From sequence record MK327932.1: 64,000 nt of DNA; one strand, 5' to 3'. The position numbers were made by a program, and so were the translations under genes. This document shows positions 44,736-53,438 of this stretch, in pieces. The notes under the pieces are model-generated. The model was not told the origin of the DNA and did not search any database. It was given only the letters and a program-made list of their open reading frames with translations. Position 1 is the stretch's first letter. Each line of letters opens with the position of its first letter. Source of the DNA: Escherichia phage vB_EcoM_G2248.

Positions 44736-44903
44736 CTGTCACTTTTTAACACAAAAGAACTTAGTATTTCTGTTAACTTCGCTATCCTGCTGCAATTCCT
44801 GCACAGCTTCAAAACAATTTTGATGTGATGAAAACTCTACGCTGGTAACAGTTCCTTTATTATATAATCCTACGCTAACGGAAAGCAATAACCATATTGT
44901 AGC
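44736..44903 (-). CDS. Small secreted/membrane protein (~55 aa), tandem paralog 1
   Basis: MATIWLLLSVSVGLYNKG...; paralogous to the adjacent ORF; below the track cut-off. Confidence 0.35.
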
Positions 44904-44910
44904 CATTAGT

Positions 44911-45081
44911 TCACCTTCTGCTTTTCAACACAGTACAGATTCATAAAGCGTTTATTGTCTTCGCGGATAATCTCGCGAGCTTTAACGCAATCCTGCTTTG
45001 TTGCAAATTCAATGCTTGACATATTTCCGTAATTATACATTGAATTGCTGATTGCAATCAATAACCATACAGTAGCCATTA
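44911..45081 (-). CDS. Small secreted/membrane protein (~56 aa), tandem paralog 2
   Basis: MATVWLLIAISNSMYNYG...; paralogous to the adjacent ORF. Confidence 0.35.
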
Positions 45082-45246
45082 TCCGACAACCTCAAAACAT
45101 TTATCATCAGGAAGAATCGCCCATTCTACGCCATATTCATCCTCAACGTAGTAGCAAGCCCCATCATGTCGAGCATCATATACATCACCGACAACAAAGC
45201 TATCAGCTAGCTCAAAATCTACAGCAACACATTTTAATTTGGTCAT
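45079..45246 (-). CDS. Small hypothetical early protein (~56 aa)
   Basis: Start at MTKLKCVAVDF after a PeSL cassette. Confidence 0.35.
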   Translation of the reverse strand: MTKLKCVAVDFELADSFVVGDVYDARHDGACYYVEDEYGVEWAILPDDKCFEVVG

Positions 45247-45306
45247 AATAAAATCCTCACTTGTTTTTGATGGTTGTATTATAGCGGGGATTTCTCCCCG
45301 CGTCAA
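45247..45306 (-). promoter_or_regulatory. PeSL-like early promoter cassette
   Basis: Minus strand: TTGACG, CGGGGAGAAATCCCCGC palindromic spacer, TATAAT. Confidence 0.55.
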
Positions 45307-45314
45307 CACTTATT

Positions 45315-47558
45315 TTACAGCTTGCAAGATGAGCACTCGCTAGCGTCTTCTGTACCATCTGCACCGTCGCGAACGTTCGCATAATACAGGGTTTTCAGAC
45401 CGTAATGTTGAGCGAACAACATATCATCTAACACATCAGCAATATCGACTTTACCAGTCTTATAAGTGCTTGGATCATAGGATGTATTGGAACTAATCGC
45501 CTGATCTACAAACTTCTGCATGATCGCTGCCAGTGTCAGATAGGGCTTGTTACCTTTCTTGATCAGTGTCCAAAGCAGGTCAATAACATCAGCATTATTC
45601 TCTACGTTCGGAATAACCTGATTAAATTGCCCTTCTTTCGATCCTTTAACCGATACAATCCCGCGAGGCGGTTCAATACCGTTTGTGCTGTTAGACACCT
45701 GAGAAGATGACTCACAGGGCATCAGCGCCGAAAGCGTACTGTTACGAATGCCATATTTTTTCAGGTCTTCGCGCAGTTCTTCCCAATCCATCTCATACAC
45801 CGGATCAACCAGTTCATCTACTGTCTTTTTGTACCAGTCGATAGGAAGTTCACCGCGACCATAGCGTGTTTCGTGCATCAGTTCGCAAGCACCCTTCTCT
45901 TTAGCCAGTCGCACACTAGCCTTAATCAGAGCATATTGCAAGCGTTCAAACGTTTTATGCGTAAACTCGTTAGCGTCTTCATATGTGAAGAAATTATCTG
46001 CTAGATATGATGCAAAGTTAGTAACACCAACACCCAGAGAGCGACGTTTTTTGGCTGTCAGAGCTTGTTCTACAGGATAATCCTGATAATCTAACAGGTT
46101 GTCAAGTGCACGCACCATAACCATAGCAATGCGTTCTACTTCTTCCATATTTTCGATATCGAAATTACCTAAAACATATGCTGCCAAAGTACATAGGCTA
46201 ATTTCTGAATCATCACGACCCATCGGTTTTGTTGGCAGAGCAATTTCACAACACAGGTTAGATTGTTTAATCGGTGCTACATTACGAATAAACGCCCCGT
46301 GATTGTTCATGTTGTCTGTGAACGCTGGATAGATTCGACCAGTGTTAAAACGTTCAATTGCCACCGCTAAAAACAGGTCTTCGGCTTTAACACGAGTTTT
46401 ACGAACACTCGGATCTTTTTCCAGTTTTTCGTAAAGCTGGCGGAAACCTTCCTCATCTCGGAAGTACAGATCCCACAACAAGCCACCCGCAACATCTGGA
46501 CTAAACAGAGTAATGTAATCCCGTTTAAGGAATCGCTCTACCATCAGGTTATTAATCTGTACGCCGTAATCAAGATGACGAATGCGGTTATCTTCCACCC
46601 CCTTATTGTTCTTTAACACAATCAGACTTTCAAACTCTAAATGCCACATTGGGTAATAGAGTGTCGCTGCCCCGCCACGAATACCGCCTTGTGAGCATGA
46701 CTTAACGGCAGTCTGAAAATGTTTCCAGAATGGGATAACGCCAGTATGACGAACTTCACCATGCCCGATCTTAGATCCTTCCGCGCGAATCATACCAGCA
46801 TTGATACCGATACCAGCACGCTTGCTAATATACTTGATGATTGCATTTGCTGTTTCGTTGATGCCCGGCAATGAGTCATCACTTTCAATCACCACACACG
46901 AACTAAATTGGCGTGTTGGGGTACGCACACCTGCCATAATCGGAGTAGGCAGAGAGATTTGCTTATTCGCAACAGCATTATAAAAATCAATCACATGTTC
47001 AAGTCGATTTTCTGTCTCTTCTTGATGCAAGCACATACCGATCAGCATATACGCAAATTGCGGTGTTTCGATTATTTTCTTAGTGCTGCGATCCTGAACA
47101 AGATATTTCTCTTTTAACTGCATCGCACCAGCATAGGTCATTTTAAAATCAAGTTTATGGTCGATGAATTTCTCCAGATATTCCACTTCTTCACGGGAAT
47201 ACTTTTGCAGAATTTCGCGATCATATTTTCCGGTTGCAATATTACTCTCAATATGGCTGTAAAAATCAATCGGTTGGAATTGACCGTATACTGATTTGCG
47301 AAGCGCGAACATTGCAAGGTTACTTGCTACATATTGATAATCGGGTGTTTCTACAGTGATGTTATCTGCGGCGACCTTAATCAATACTTTCTGGATATCA
47401 TTGGTAGACATACCTTCTGTCAGAAGTGGTTCAACCATATCAAACAATTCATATGGATCAACGTTATGACCTTCGGCTGCCGCTTCCAGAATTTTCATTA
47501 CTTTTTCTTTTTCAAACGGAACAGTCAGACCGGAAGACTTAACAACATTTTTAATCAT
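45315..47558 (-). CDS. nrdA: Ribonucleotide reductase large subunit
   Basis: 747 aa (T4 NrdA is 754 aa); ATP-cone N-terminus and class I RNR catalytic core; C-terminal CxxC tail. Confidence 0.85.
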   Translation of the reverse strand: MIKNVVKSSGLTVPFEKEKVMKILEAAAEGHNVDPYELFDMVEPLLTEGMSTNDIQKVLIKVAADNITVETPDYQYVASNLAMFALRKSVYGQFQPIDFYSHIESNIATGKYDREILQKYSREEVEYLEKFIDHKLDFKMTYAGAMQLKEKYLVQDRSTKKIIETPQFAYMLIGMCLHQEETENRLEHVIDFYNAVANKQISLPTPIMAGVRTPTRQFSSCVVIESDDSLPGINETANAIIKYISKRAGIGINAGMIRAEGSKIGHGEVRHTGVIPFWKHFQTAVKSCSQGGIRGGAATLYYPMWHLEFESLIVLKNNKGVEDNRIRHLDYGVQINNLMVERFLKRDYITLFSPDVAGGLLWDLYFRDEEGFRQLYEKLEKDPSVRKTRVKAEDLFLAVAIERFNTGRIYPAFTDNMNNHGAFIRNVAPIKQSNLCCEIALPTKPMGRDDSEISLCTLAAYVLGNFDIENMEEVERIAMVMVRALDNLLDYQDYPVEQALTAKKRRSLGVGVTNFASYLADNFFTYEDANEFTHKTFERLQYALIKASVRLAKEKGACELMHETRYGRGELPIDWYKKTVDELVDPVYEMDWEELREDLKKYGIRNSTLSALMPCESSSQVSNSTNGIEPPRGIVSVKGSKEGQFNQVIPNVENNADVIDLLWTLIKKGNKPYLTLAAIMQKFVDQAISSNTSYDPSTYKTGKVDIADVLDDMLFAQHYGLKTLYYANVRDGADGTEDASECSSCKL

Positions 47559-47626
47559 ATTACCTCACTTCATATTTTAGCAGGAACAAGTTTATCCTCC
47601 ATATTGGGGGCTTTCGCCCCCTTTGT

Positions 47627-48847
47627 TTATACTGCCATTTGAGCGGTGATTGCTGGATGGCTTTGATAGTTGTGAATTTTAAAGTCTTTCGGAGTCTTTG
47701 TCAATACCTCATCTAAAGATTTAAATTCCGGCAACTCAATTGTTGGTTTATCAAACGGAACACGGCTTAACTGTTCCATAACTTGATCAAAATGGTTTTT
47801 GTAAATGTGAGTATCTCCACCAGAGAAAATCAGTTCTCCTACCTCAAGATCACACATTTTCGCTATGATGTGAGTTAACAGCGCATAGCTGGCGACGTTA
47901 AAGGGCAAGCCCAAAAAGCTGTCTACGCTTCGCTGAAACCACATACAAGACAGTTTACCTTCATTGACGTAGAATTGCACGAAAGGATGACATACACCTA
48001 ATACAGCATTATGTGTTCCTTGTACGTTCCATGAGTCAATAATGATCCGGCGATCCGTTGGATTGTTTTTAATTTGTTCAATCACGTTTTGTAACTGGTC
48101 TTCCCAAATCTTCTGGCGATAGACATATTCTTCATCGTCTTTAGGGCTTGATGTGTCTACGTCCATACTAACAAAGATCGTGGTATCCGGTGCTAAAATG
48201 TCACCGCCCAGATATTCATTATCAAGCAGATAACCGAAATAACCATCATCTACCCATTCCTGGAATCCCCACAAGCAATATGCATCATTAACAAAATTAG
48301 ATTGAGTCTTCCAGTGGTCTGCTACCAGAATATAATCAAACTCTTCATAACGCATACCACGCCAGATAGCACATAAACGGTCTTCTGTGTCGTTGGTTGG
48401 TGTAAAGTCTTCTACCCACGGGTGCTTAAATGTATGTGTATATTTGCTCTTAACGCGCTTAATTTTGATTTCACCATGTGGATGAATCGGTTTTCGTCGC
48501 CACGCCATACCATACATATTGCCGACATTATAACCATTGAATCGCAAGGGATTCTTTTCTTTCATATCAAGACAGTTGCCGCGCCAAATATCAAAGGCTT
48601 CCTCGTCAAACTTGCCGCGTGTAATTTCCTGTAAGCGACGGCGGTCAAGTGATCCCTCCATAAACCATAGCAATTCGCCAATTACAGAGGCTGTAGCCAT
48701 CTTTTTAGTGGTCAGTAATGGGAAACCCTTGCTTAAATCAATTCGCATCTCTGCGCCGAATTTAGAGAGCGTACCTACCCCCGTGCGGTCTTCACGAGGA
48801 CAGCCATTATCAAGAACATCACGCAATAGTTTCAAATATTCTTTCAT
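47627..48847 (-). CDS. td: Thymidylate synthase with ~115-aa internal insertion
   Basis: N- and C-terminal thirds align with ThyA (DRTGVGT, CHPFVQFYV, LGLPFNVASYALL), but a ~115-aa aromatic-rich segment is inserted between the YG..WR motif and the DQL..V...K..P.DRR motif, giving 406 aa. Confidence 0.75.
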   Translation of the reverse strand: MKEYLKLLRDVLDNGCPREDRTGVGTLSKFGAEMRIDLSKGFPLLTTKKMATASVIGELLWFMEGSLDRRRLQEITRGKFDEEAFDIWRGNCLDMKEKNPLRFNGYNVGNMYGMAWRRKPIHPHGEIKIKRVKSKYTHTFKHPWVEDFTPTNDTEDRLCAIWRGMRYEEFDYILVADHWKTQSNFVNDAYCLWGFQEWVDDGYFGYLLDNEYLGGDILAPDTTIFVSMDVDTSSPKDDEEYVYRQKIWEDQLQNVIEQIKNNPTDRRIIIDSWNVQGTHNAVLGVCHPFVQFYVNEGKLSCMWFQRSVDSFLGLPFNVASYALLTHIIAKMCDLEVGELIFSGGDTHIYKNHFDQVMEQLSRVPFDKPTIELPEFKSLDEVLTKTPKDFKIHNYQSHPAITAQMAV

Positions 48848-49088
48848 CCCACATCACCTTTTTCTTATTGATTGCTTTCTTACGCAGTTTTGCTACTGTA
48901 TCGTCAATGTCTATAAAGATAACACCACGGTCGAATATAGTAGCAGGTCTTGATATATCGCTATTTTCTTGCACAGGAAGCCATGATGCGCTCGCTTCAT
49001 CATAGAGATATTGTAAACCGTAATAATCTACGGCTACTGCGTAGTTTTCACTGGTAGCTGACCATAATTGAATAATACCGACTTTCAT
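48819..49088 (-). CDS. Hypothetical protein (~90 aa)
   Basis: Start taken at MKVGIIQLW; TAATG coupling to the upstream micro-ORF. Confidence 0.4.
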   Translation of the reverse strand: MKVGIIQLWSATSENYAVAVDYYGLQYLYDEASASWLPVQENSDISRPATIFDRGVIFIDIDDTVAKLRKKAINKKKVMWDERIFETIA

Positions 49089-49180
49089 TATTGTTCCCGT
49101 CCGCAATGTAAACACCGACTACCAGCAAACATCAAAGATTCACCACAATGTTTGCACTCATAATCTGTCAGAATTTTCAT
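49088..49180 (-). CDS. Zinc-ribbon micro-protein (30 aa)
   Basis: MKILTDYECKHCGESLMFAGSRCLHCGREQ: two CxxC pairs; nested between frd and the next gene with TAATG coupling. Confidence 0.35.
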   Translation of the reverse strand: MKILTDYECKHCGESLMFAGSRCLHCGREQ

Positions 49181-49181
49181 G

Positions 49182-49751
49182 TTACGCCTTCTTACGTTCT
49201 AAAATTTTTTCGCTGATCAGGTAATCATCAAGGAAGTAATTATGTTCTTCTTTTGTTGCAAAATCAAAATATAATTCCTGAATCATTTCCTTAGAGATAC
49301 CAACATCATATTCAAATGGATCGTTGATTCCTGAGCGTTGAACATACGTTAACACAATACGATCCGCAAAGTCAACCGCTTTTTCAATCAGGGAAGGTCC
49401 GCCGATAACACTTACCAAACCTTGCATTTTCTCCATGACTTTTAACAGATCCTTCAATTCAATTCCAGTATATACATCTGGTTGGTCTCCATTTTTTGTT
49501 TTCGGTTCTGGCTTGCTGGCATCGGTACTAATAACCACATTCACACGACCTTCCAGTGCTTTAGGGAGACTTTCAAAGGTATTGCGACCCATCACAACCG
49601 CAGCAAGATCAACATCTCCCATAGTGCGCATTTTAAAGTTTTCCATGTCCTTTTTGATTGGACGTCCCCACGGTAAACCGCCTTTAAAACCAAAAGCCCA
49701 ATTTTCATCTGACATTTTAGTGTTACCAATCGCAAATACACATTGAATCAT
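49182..49751 (-). CDS. frd: Dihydrofolate reductase
   Basis: 189 aa; DHFR pattern (IGN...LPW, GRNTFESLP); adjacent to td as in T4. Confidence 0.8.
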   Translation of the reverse strand: MIQCVFAIGNTKMSDENWAFGFKGGLPWGRPIKKDMENFKMRTMGDVDLAAVVMGRNTFESLPKALEGRVNVVISTDASKPEPKTKNGDQPDVYTGIELKDLLKVMEKMQGLVSVIGGPSLIEKAVDFADRIVLTYVQRSGINDPFEYDVGISKEMIQELYFDFATKEEHNYFLDDYLISEKILERKKA

Positions 49752-49765
49752 AATATAATCTCCTG

Positions 49766-50095
49766 TCAGATCAGTTTAAAGAAGTTTTCGTTTACATTTT
49801 CTTCGGTGATTGCTGTCTTAAATTCTTGACCGTTATCCGGTGTGATGAAATAACGGTCAGAATAATCACGAAAACGTTTTAAGTGAGATACCCCAACATT
49901 AACACCATTTTCCCAGAAACGAAAGGTAATCATTTTTGGTTCATATCGATAGTCGCTGGTTAACACAGTACCATCACCGCGACGGGCTTCATAAACCGTA
50001 ATACATTCACGATTAGCGGCTTTAATACATTCTTCAATAGTGCCACATGAGATAATACTTACTGTTTCATCTACGATTTGTTCTACAGTCCACAT
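49766..50095 (-). CDS. Hypothetical protein (109 aa)
   Basis: ORF after a PeSL cassette. Confidence 0.45.
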   Translation of the reverse strand: MWTVEQIVDETVSIISCGTIEECIKAANRECITVYEARRGDGTVLTSDYRYEPKMITFRFWENGVNVGVSHLKRFRDYSDRYFITPDNGQEFKTAITEENVNENFFKLI

Positions 50096-50153
50096 AATAT
50101 AATCCTCTTTGTTTCGATGTTTGTATTATACATCATCTGTGTTTGACGTCAAC
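50096..50153 (-). promoter_or_regulatory. PeSL-like early promoter cassette
   Basis: Minus strand: TTGACG ... TATAAT-like, leader, RBS. Confidence 0.5.
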
Positions 50154-50478
50154 CTTTTTGTTCCATGAAAAGCGGTGCTGTTTCTTCTTTCAGTTTAATA
50201 ACTAGCGCGGAAACTTCATCAAGAAAATCTTTTTCCATATGAGCAAGCATTGATTTAGAATCTTTGATGACTTTCAAAGAATATTCACTTAGATTTCCTT
50301 TTCCTAACAATAATGCGGGATACACACTATGTGGGATCTCGATTTCGTGATATTCGCTCATAGTATAATATTTGTGAATTTTTAAATCTATATTTCTTCG
50401 TTGTACGTCTACATCAGCAATGACATACAGAAGTTCGATTTTATCACTTTTCTGGGAAAGGGTAGCATTCAAAAACAT
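50149..50478 (-). CDS. Hypothetical protein (109 aa)
   Basis: ORF after a PeSL cassette. Confidence 0.45.
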   Translation of the reverse strand: MFLNATLSQKSDKIELLYVIADVDVQRRNIDLKIHKYYTMSEYHEIEIPHSVYPALLLGKGNLSEYSLKVIKDSKSMLAHMEKDFLDEVSALVIKLKEETAPLFMEQKG

Positions 50479-50535
50479 TGTTAATCCTCCGTTGTTTCGA
50501 TGAGTTCATTATACATTACCTCGCCAACATGTCAA
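50479..50535 (-). promoter_or_regulatory. PeSL-like early promoter cassette
   Basis: Minus strand: TTGACA ... -10-like element, leader, RBS. Confidence 0.5.
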
Positions 50536-50558
50536 CACCTTTTTCATAAATTTTTAGG

Positions 50559-50578
50559 CAATAAAAAAGCCTCCCCGA
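50559..50578 (-). terminator. Rho-independent terminator after gene 32 (minus strand)
   Basis: GCCTCCC-TTCG-GGGAGGC followed by TTTTTT on the minus strand. Confidence 0.65.
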
Positions 50579-50597
50579 AGGGAGGCTGTAAAATTCA

Positions 50598-51545
50598 TTA
50601 CATCGCTAACAGAGAGTCCAGGTCATCCAGATCAGAAGCGGAGGAAGTACCGCCACCCAAGTCCAGAGATGCCATCAGGTCATCAGCGGAAGAATCGGAC
50701 GCTGTGCTAGTTGCGGTAGTACCAGCGTCGAATGCATTCATCTGTGCATCAAAATCATCAAGCTGGCTGTTAATCGCTGCCGCAGCACCAGAAGCCGAAG
50801 CACCAGCTACCAGGCTTACACCTTTAACTTTCTTAAATTTAGCATCCAGTTCCTCGAAAGATTTAAACTGGTCTTTTGCTACGATAACATCAATATCTAC
50901 CATGTTTTCGAACAGATATTTCTGGAATGCTTCATCTTCGATGTTCGGAATCGCTGATTGCTGCATGAAACGTGAATCATCGTAGTTCAGGAATTTATCT
51001 ACTTTCTTAGCTTTCAGAAGGAAGTTAGCGCCTTCGAACGGACATACGATGTTTACAGGTTTTTCGCCCAATTCCGTGTTTACGTTGCTCATTGCCAGAA
51101 TCTTGTCATAAATTTTCTTACCGAAGCGGAATTTAAATACTTTACCTTCGTTTTCCGGCGCTTTCGGATCTTTCATTACCAGAATGTTTGCGAAGTAAGA
51201 AGATTTACGCTTAACATCTTGATATTCTTTATTGTTGGTGTTGTACAGGTCATTTTCGCTAATGTATTTGCACACAGGGCAAGAATCAAAATCGCCGTGG
51301 GTGCTAGGGCAGTTTTCCCAATAATACTTACCATTTACTTTGAAAGAATGGTTTACAAGGTTGATGATCGGTAAACCGTCTTCGGTGCGTGCTGGAAGAA
51401 AACGAATCACCGCTTCACCGTTACCCGCCGCGTCAGTTTTAATCTTCCACTCTTTCGGATCTTCTTTGGAGAAGCCGTTGCTACCTTTCAGTGCTGCCAG
51501 TTGAGCTTGCAGTTTGGAAGAATCTTGACGACGAAAAATGTTCAT
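50598..51545 (-). CDS. 32: Single-stranded DNA-binding protein gp32
   Basis: Aligns with T4 gp32 (GNG.AVIRFLP, zinc site H...[27 protein letters not shown]); start at MNIFRRQ with GAGG RBS; acidic Ser/Asp-rich C-terminus. Confidence 0.9.
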   Translation of the reverse strand: MNIFRRQDSSKLQAQLAALKGSNGFSKEDPKEWKIKTDAAGNGEAVIRFLPARTEDGLPIINLVNHSFKVNGKYYWENCPSTHGDFDSCPVCKYISENDLYNTNNKEYQDVKRKSSYFANILVMKDPKAPENEGKVFKFRFGKKIYDKILAMSNVNTELGEKPVNIVCPFEGANFLLKAKKVDKFLNYDDSRFMQQSAIPNIEDEAFQKYLFENMVDIDVIVAKDQFKSFEELDAKFKKVKGVSLVAGASASGAAAAINSQLDDFDAQMNAFDAGTTATSTASDSSADDLMASLDLGGGTSSASDLDDLDSLLAM

Positions 51546-51611
51546 AATTATACCTCTTTTATACATTAACTATTAATTTGCTAGATTATTATACAGATTT
51601 AAATTTACTTG

Positions 51612-52292
51612 TCAACTATTTGTTTCGGCTTTTAATTGAGATATTTCTTTACACTCTTTAACTACTTTAACAAATAATGCTCTTGCTTTTGCGGCGTCAA
51701 TAACAAGTAGTTTCTTGTACGCCTTCATTTTAACACTATAAGTTTGCCAAATCAAGTCTTTGGCTACCTTGTCGTGTTCGTCGATTATATTTAGAAAGCT
51801 ATCTAACAACATAAACGACTCAAACGATATAATCCGATTTTGCAGTAGTTTAAAGATACCGCTAGTTTCGGTTGCGGGATTGTATGTAATTAGCTCTTTA
51901 AGAGTAACCCCGCGTTTCTCGGAGAAGTATACCAGACTTTTAATGTCATCGTCAAATCTTGTTGCTGCATCGGTTATCTTTCCTATGTATTCCATATAAA
52001 AGCCGTATGCGTCAACATCAGTGATTTCACCTACCCATGCATCGGTATTAGCTACCAGATTGCTTAGGAATAGGAAGTATAATTCTCTTAGATTGTACTT
52101 ATCCGCTAATTTCGCGAAATAATACTTATCTCTGCGTTTATTGAATGCGGCATCAGATAACCGCATCCTCCAATTATATTTTACGCAATCATAACGCCCG
52201 TTCATATGAGCTTTCATCATGCAATATAACATATACACAGATTTAGCATTAATTCGCATATCTGGATCTGGAGGAAGACGGTTTCTGATCAT
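51612..52292 (-). CDS. 59: Helicase loader gp59
   Basis: Aligns with T4 gp59 (KSVY.LY.M.K.HMNG.YD..KYNW.MR.SDAA..KRRDKY.F.KL). Confidence 0.85.
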   Translation of the reverse strand: MIRNRLPPDPDMRINAKSVYMLYCMMKAHMNGRYDCVKYNWRMRLSDAAFNKRRDKYYFAKLADKYNLRELYFLFLSNLVANTDAWVGEITDVDAYGFYMEYIGKITDAATRFDDDIKSLVYFSEKRGVTLKELITYNPATETSGIFKLLQNRIISFESFMLLDSFLNIIDEHDKVAKDLIWQTYSVKMKAYKKLLVIDAAKARALFVKVVKECKEISQLKAETNS

Positions 52293-52301
52293 ACATACCC
52301 C

Positions 52302-52571
52302 TTAAATATCGAGAGTGTTGGTCGGTTCGTCGATCACTCCCTTCCTGAGCGTTCTATTTACTATACATTCTTGTGTGATCTTGTCAATAATGGACACCGG
52401 AATATACTTCTGATAGTGACCATATTCTATAGAGTTTTCCTCTACAAACTGCGTTGTCGCTTCAAGATAAGTCAATCCCTCTTCAACAACCAGTTTTTCG
52501 ATTGCAAGACCGTTTGCTGTTTTATTCGCGGCTTTTACCGCATGTTCATTAAGCATTGAACACCCGATCAT
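52302..52571 (-). CDS. 33: Late transcription co-activator gp33
   Basis: C-terminal half aligns with T4 gp33 (YLEATT.F.EENSI ... NTLD). Confidence 0.75.
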   Translation of the reverse strand: MIGCSMLNEHAVKAANKTANGLAIEKLVVEEGLTYLEATTQFVEENSIEYGHYQKYIPVSIIDKITQECIVNRTLRKGVIDEPTNTLDI

Positions 52572-52824
52572 AGAGTTCTACCGCTTCGTCGCGTTCTGCT
52601 TCGAAGGTTTCGCGCTGTTGTTGGTGATACAGTTTAAACAGAATGCCCCACATTTTACCATCTACGCCTAATTCTTCTTTAGCACGCTGTTTGATCTCTT
52701 TGATCTTATCGCCATATGCTTCTTGAATTGTTTTCTGATCGCTGGCTTCTTTAATCAGTTGTGCCAGGGTATTTCCGTGTACTGCTTCGTCAAATACTAC
52801 TTTTTCTTTTTTCTGTTCAGTCAT
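52549..52824 (-). CDS. dsbA: DsbA-like dsDNA-binding protein
   Basis: 91 aa (T4 DsbA is 89 aa); assigned by position between 33 and rnh. Confidence 0.5.
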   Translation of the reverse strand: MTEQKKEKVVFDEAVHGNTLAQLIKEASDQKTIQEAYGDKIKEIKQRAKEELGVDGKMWGILFKLYHQQQRETFEAERDEAVELYDRVFNA

Positions 52825-52828
52825 AATA

Positions 52829-53428
52829 TTAACCCTCTTTCGTCATTAATTGAAAACCACGTTCAGCTTTTGAGATTTCGCTAGGACTTAAATCATCGCC
52901 GACATATTCTAGCATCATTTCTCGGATAATGTCAAGTGCTTTTTCATCACCTGATTTTAACTCGAACTCAAGTTCATAATGAGCAGTGTCGCCCATTCCT
53001 TCGCCTACTTTGCCATAATAGAAAGTGTCTTTGCACATTTCCACTATACCGCAACCCATATCTAGAGTCAATGACTTGCGATATGTCATTACTTGCATTA
53101 TTGTAGTGATATAGTCGGAGTTTACCCCTAGACTATCAATAAAATGGACGAACTCATCCCAATTTGAAAATGTCATTTCCTCGCGGTTGAATATTCCAGA
53201 TTCATTATCACCCATTTTGACCATGATCTCTGATTTTCTACAGTCAAGTCGTGCATAAATTCCTTTTTGACGTAGTGCATGGTCTTCGGTGTCATAATAA
53301 AAATCGTGTTTTAATATGTTATCACGGTCTACGAGATTGTACCCGTCATACATTGCCACCCACAAATCACAGATTGTTTCTACACCATCCTGTGAATGGG
53401 CATAGTATTTTAATTCAAGTTCTTTCAT
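52829..53428 (-). CDS. CYTH-like (triphosphate tunnel metalloenzyme family) protein
   Basis: N-terminal E-x-E-x-K (ELELK), central Arg/Lys residues, C-terminal acidic strand YELEFELK; size 199 aa is typical of CYTH domains; no T4 gene occupies this position. Confidence 0.5.
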   Translation of the reverse strand: MKELELKYYAHSQDGVETICDLWVAMYDGYNLVDRDNILKHDFYYDTEDHALRQKGIYARLDCRKSEIMVKMGDNESGIFNREEMTFSNWDEFVHFIDSLGVNSDYITTIMQVMTYRKSLTLDMGCGIVEMCKDTFYYGKVGEGMGDTAHYELEFELKSGDEKALDIIREMMLEYVGDDLSPSEISKAERGFQLMTKEG

Positions 53429-53438
53429 ATGTCAACCC

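Noticed and set aside
47627-48847. Intein or group I intron within thymidylate synthase
   Set aside because: The extra segment is translated in frame with no stop codons, so it is not a T4-type intron. It lacks intein boundary hallmarks (N-terminal Cys/Ser and C-terminal His-Asn followed by Cys/Ser/Thr) and homing-endonuclease motifs.
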